38,277 bases of DNA from Octopus sinensis. Taxonomy: Eukaryota. The stretch covers positions 1 through 38,277 of the forward strand of contig NW_021832457.1 of the NCBI RefSeq assembly GCF_006345805.1. The letters are read 5' to 3'. Shown here in pieces: positions 36,093-38,277 of the stretch; position 1 is the stretch's first letter; every line of letters starts with the position of its first letter. A model generated the notes under the pieces. It worked only from the letters and a program-made list of their open reading frames with translations, was not told the origin of the DNA and ran no database searches. The position numbers and the translations under genes were made by a program.

Positions 36093-37230
36093 TCTCGACC
36101 AACATGTGTCCCCGCTACCGAAACGGTAATTATTTCTACGCCAGCTATGTTGTTGTTGTTTTTGTCTCATTTGTCTAAAGTCGTATGACAACCACCGTTA
36201 TATATATTTTGTTTATTCATTACTGTTTTCAATTTCGTTTTCGTCTCTGTATTCACATCCGTCCTTGTGCGTTCACATTCCTGTCTTCTACCAAGAAATC
36301 TAATGCTTACAGCTTAGTTTTTTTTTTTTTTTTTTTTTTTTTTCTTGGGGCTGGCCGAGTTGGAGCAAATATCAGAATTGAACAGCCGAAATTTGCTATG
36401 ATGATTCGGTGTCTGACTGAAGATTGAAGGCTTCGAATGATTTGTCTGTGTTCCGTGTTCGTCCCTTCCTGTATTTCACGTTCATTATATATAAAAACAT
36501 TCATTCTATTTATTGCGGCGTTACGTGCACCCCCCCCCCCGTTTGTTTGGTCCAATTTTAAACCCTGCACGACTTCTATACACACTGTCTTTCCTACCCG
36601 CCATTGCTTCTTCACCAAACTTTTTGGCGCCCTCCGATTCTTCCCCTCTCGTCCTCCATCCTCCTTAATCCCTTCATTTCTTTCTCCTTTTCTCTCTTGG
36701 TCACTGATTCCTCTCCTGTCCCCCTGCCTTTCACCCTCTTCGATCCCTCTCTCTCTGTCTCTCTTTCTCTCTCTCTCCTGCGACCTGCTGCTTCTTAACC
36801 ATTCTGTTGGCCTTCGTTCTCGACCAACATGTGTCCCCGCTACCGAAACGGTAATTATTTCGTACGCCAGCTATGTTGTTGTTGTTTTTGTCTCATTTGG
36901 TCTAAAGTCGTATGACAACCACCGTTATATATATTTTTTTTTATTCATTACTGTTTTCAATTTCGTTTTCGTCTCTTGTATTCACATCCGTCTTGTGCGT
37001 TCACATTCCTGTCTTCTACCAAGAAATCTAATGCTTACAGCTTAGTTTTTTTTTTTTTTTTTTTTTTTCTTGGGGCTGGCCGAGTTGGAGCAATATCAGA
37101 ATTGAACGCCGAATTTGCTATGATGATCGGTGTCTGACTGAAGATTGAAGGCTTCGAATGATTTGTCTGTGTTCCGTGTTTTCGTCCCTTCCTGTATTTC
37201 ACGTTCATTATATATAAAAACATTCATTCT
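36093..37230 (+). repeat. ~415-bp direct repeat pair (36093-36507 and 36818-37230) with a pyrimidine-rich spacer; Penelope pseudo-LTR-like layout
   Basis: The copies differ mostly by single-base indels, and the structure ends in (TA)n. Confidence 0.85.
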
Positions 37231-37272
37231 TATATATATTATATATATATATATATATATAATATATATATA

Positions 37273-37305
<33 letters not shown>

Positions 37306-37343
37306 GTGTGTGTTTTTACGTATTTATCTATGTATGTACGTAC

Positions 37344-37483
37344 ACATAAGCTGGATTATATAATGAGAAGGCAACTGTGGTGTACATAGTCATCTGGTCC
37401 TGCTCGGGGAAATCCGAAGCTTCTTCATCTGAAGTAGATATTGCCGTAGTAGAAAATCGTCTATAAGGGCCATTTTCATCAAG
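37344..37483 (-). CDS. Candidate 140-nt internal exon of an unidentified gene
   Basis: A long polypyrimidine acceptor (tcttttatttgtcttgtatcttttctactttcctatccag), an open phase-0 frame LDENGPYRRFSTTAISTSDEEASDFPEQDQMTMYTTVAFSLYNPAY, and a GTACGT donor at 37343-37338. Confidence 0.45.
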
Positions 37484-37953
37484 CTGGATAGGAAAGTAGA
37501 AAAGATACAAGACAAATAAAAGACGATGTGCAGAATGTAACTATATGAAAAAAATCCATTTAAAATTGTCTTTACAGCTGTTTCATATAAAATTATCCTT
37601 ACAACTGTTTCAGATGACTAGTGCTGTAACATTTTTTTTTATTATGCAAAGACATCCAATGTTAGTGTAGGTACATGAATAGCCACGAATTTTGAAAGCC
37701 CTGCGAAAGCAAGGTCATGATATACTCATTAGAAGACTCTGACAAATAGCTTAGCTTACTTACACTCACCGCTGTAACTCCTGCTCTACCTATCTTTCTA
37801 ATTCCCTTGAACTTACATATATTTATAAATATAGTTCTATACTAAGCTATTTGCCATATGACTAATACATAGTCTTTGGACTAAATTTTTACACGCTAGG
37901 CCACTGGAAAGGAAAATTTCATTAATTTCCATTCCCTTTTGATATGATTAATG

Positions 37954-37989
<36 letters not shown>

Positions 37990-37992
<3 letters not shown>

Positions 37993-38194
37993 TTGTGTGC
38001 GTCTGTGTTTGTCCCCCAACATCACTTGACAACCAATGCTGGTGTGTTTAACGGTCCCCCTTAACTTACGGGCAAAAGACACCGATATAATAACAAGTAT
38101 TAGGCTTATAAAAAATAAGTCCTGGAGTCGATTTACTCGATTAAAGGCGGTACTCCACATGGCCGCAGTCAATACTGACTAAAACAAACAAAAG

Positions 38195-38195
<1 letters not shown>
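37990..38195 (+). mobile_element. Family B SINE, 3' half
   Basis: gtctgtgtttgtcccccaacatc...aataagtcctgg.gtcgattt.ctcga..aaaggcggt...catggccgcagtc. Confidence 0.85.
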
Positions 38196-38253
<58 letters not shown>

Positions 38254-38277
38254 GAAAAAACAAGTAAAAAATAGAAA

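Overview
This is eukaryotic, AT-rich DNA saturated with microsatellites, with no intact protein-coding gene and no prokaryotic features. Almost all ORFs in the supplied track are translations of simple repeats. The interspersed repeats (tRNA-headed SINEs, Dong/R4-like and HERO-like restriction-like-endonuclease LINEs, CR1, Penelope-derived pieces) look like those of an octopus/coleoid cephalopod; that taxon is inferred from recalled repeat sequences and is not verified. Five observations stand out. (1) A complete type I hammerhead ribozyme with a palindromic stem III sits in a ~250-bp non-coding element embedded in (TA)n (10823-11070), and a second element family carries two minimal variant hammerhead motifs. 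(2) A SINE family forms head-to-tail multimers of a ~180-bp B-box-containing unit; its TSDs and junctions suggest repeated insertion into, or just upstream of, Pol III SINE heads. (3) A decayed Cys-loop receptor/AChBP-like extracellular domain (29998-31195) is accompanied by a partial duplicate retaining LWLPD and an oppositely oriented M2/M3-like fragment. (4) A Dong/R4-like LINE shows a clean twin-priming-type 5' inversion. (5) There is one good orphan exon candidate on the minus strand. All protein similarities were judged by eye and need HMM/BLAST confirmation.
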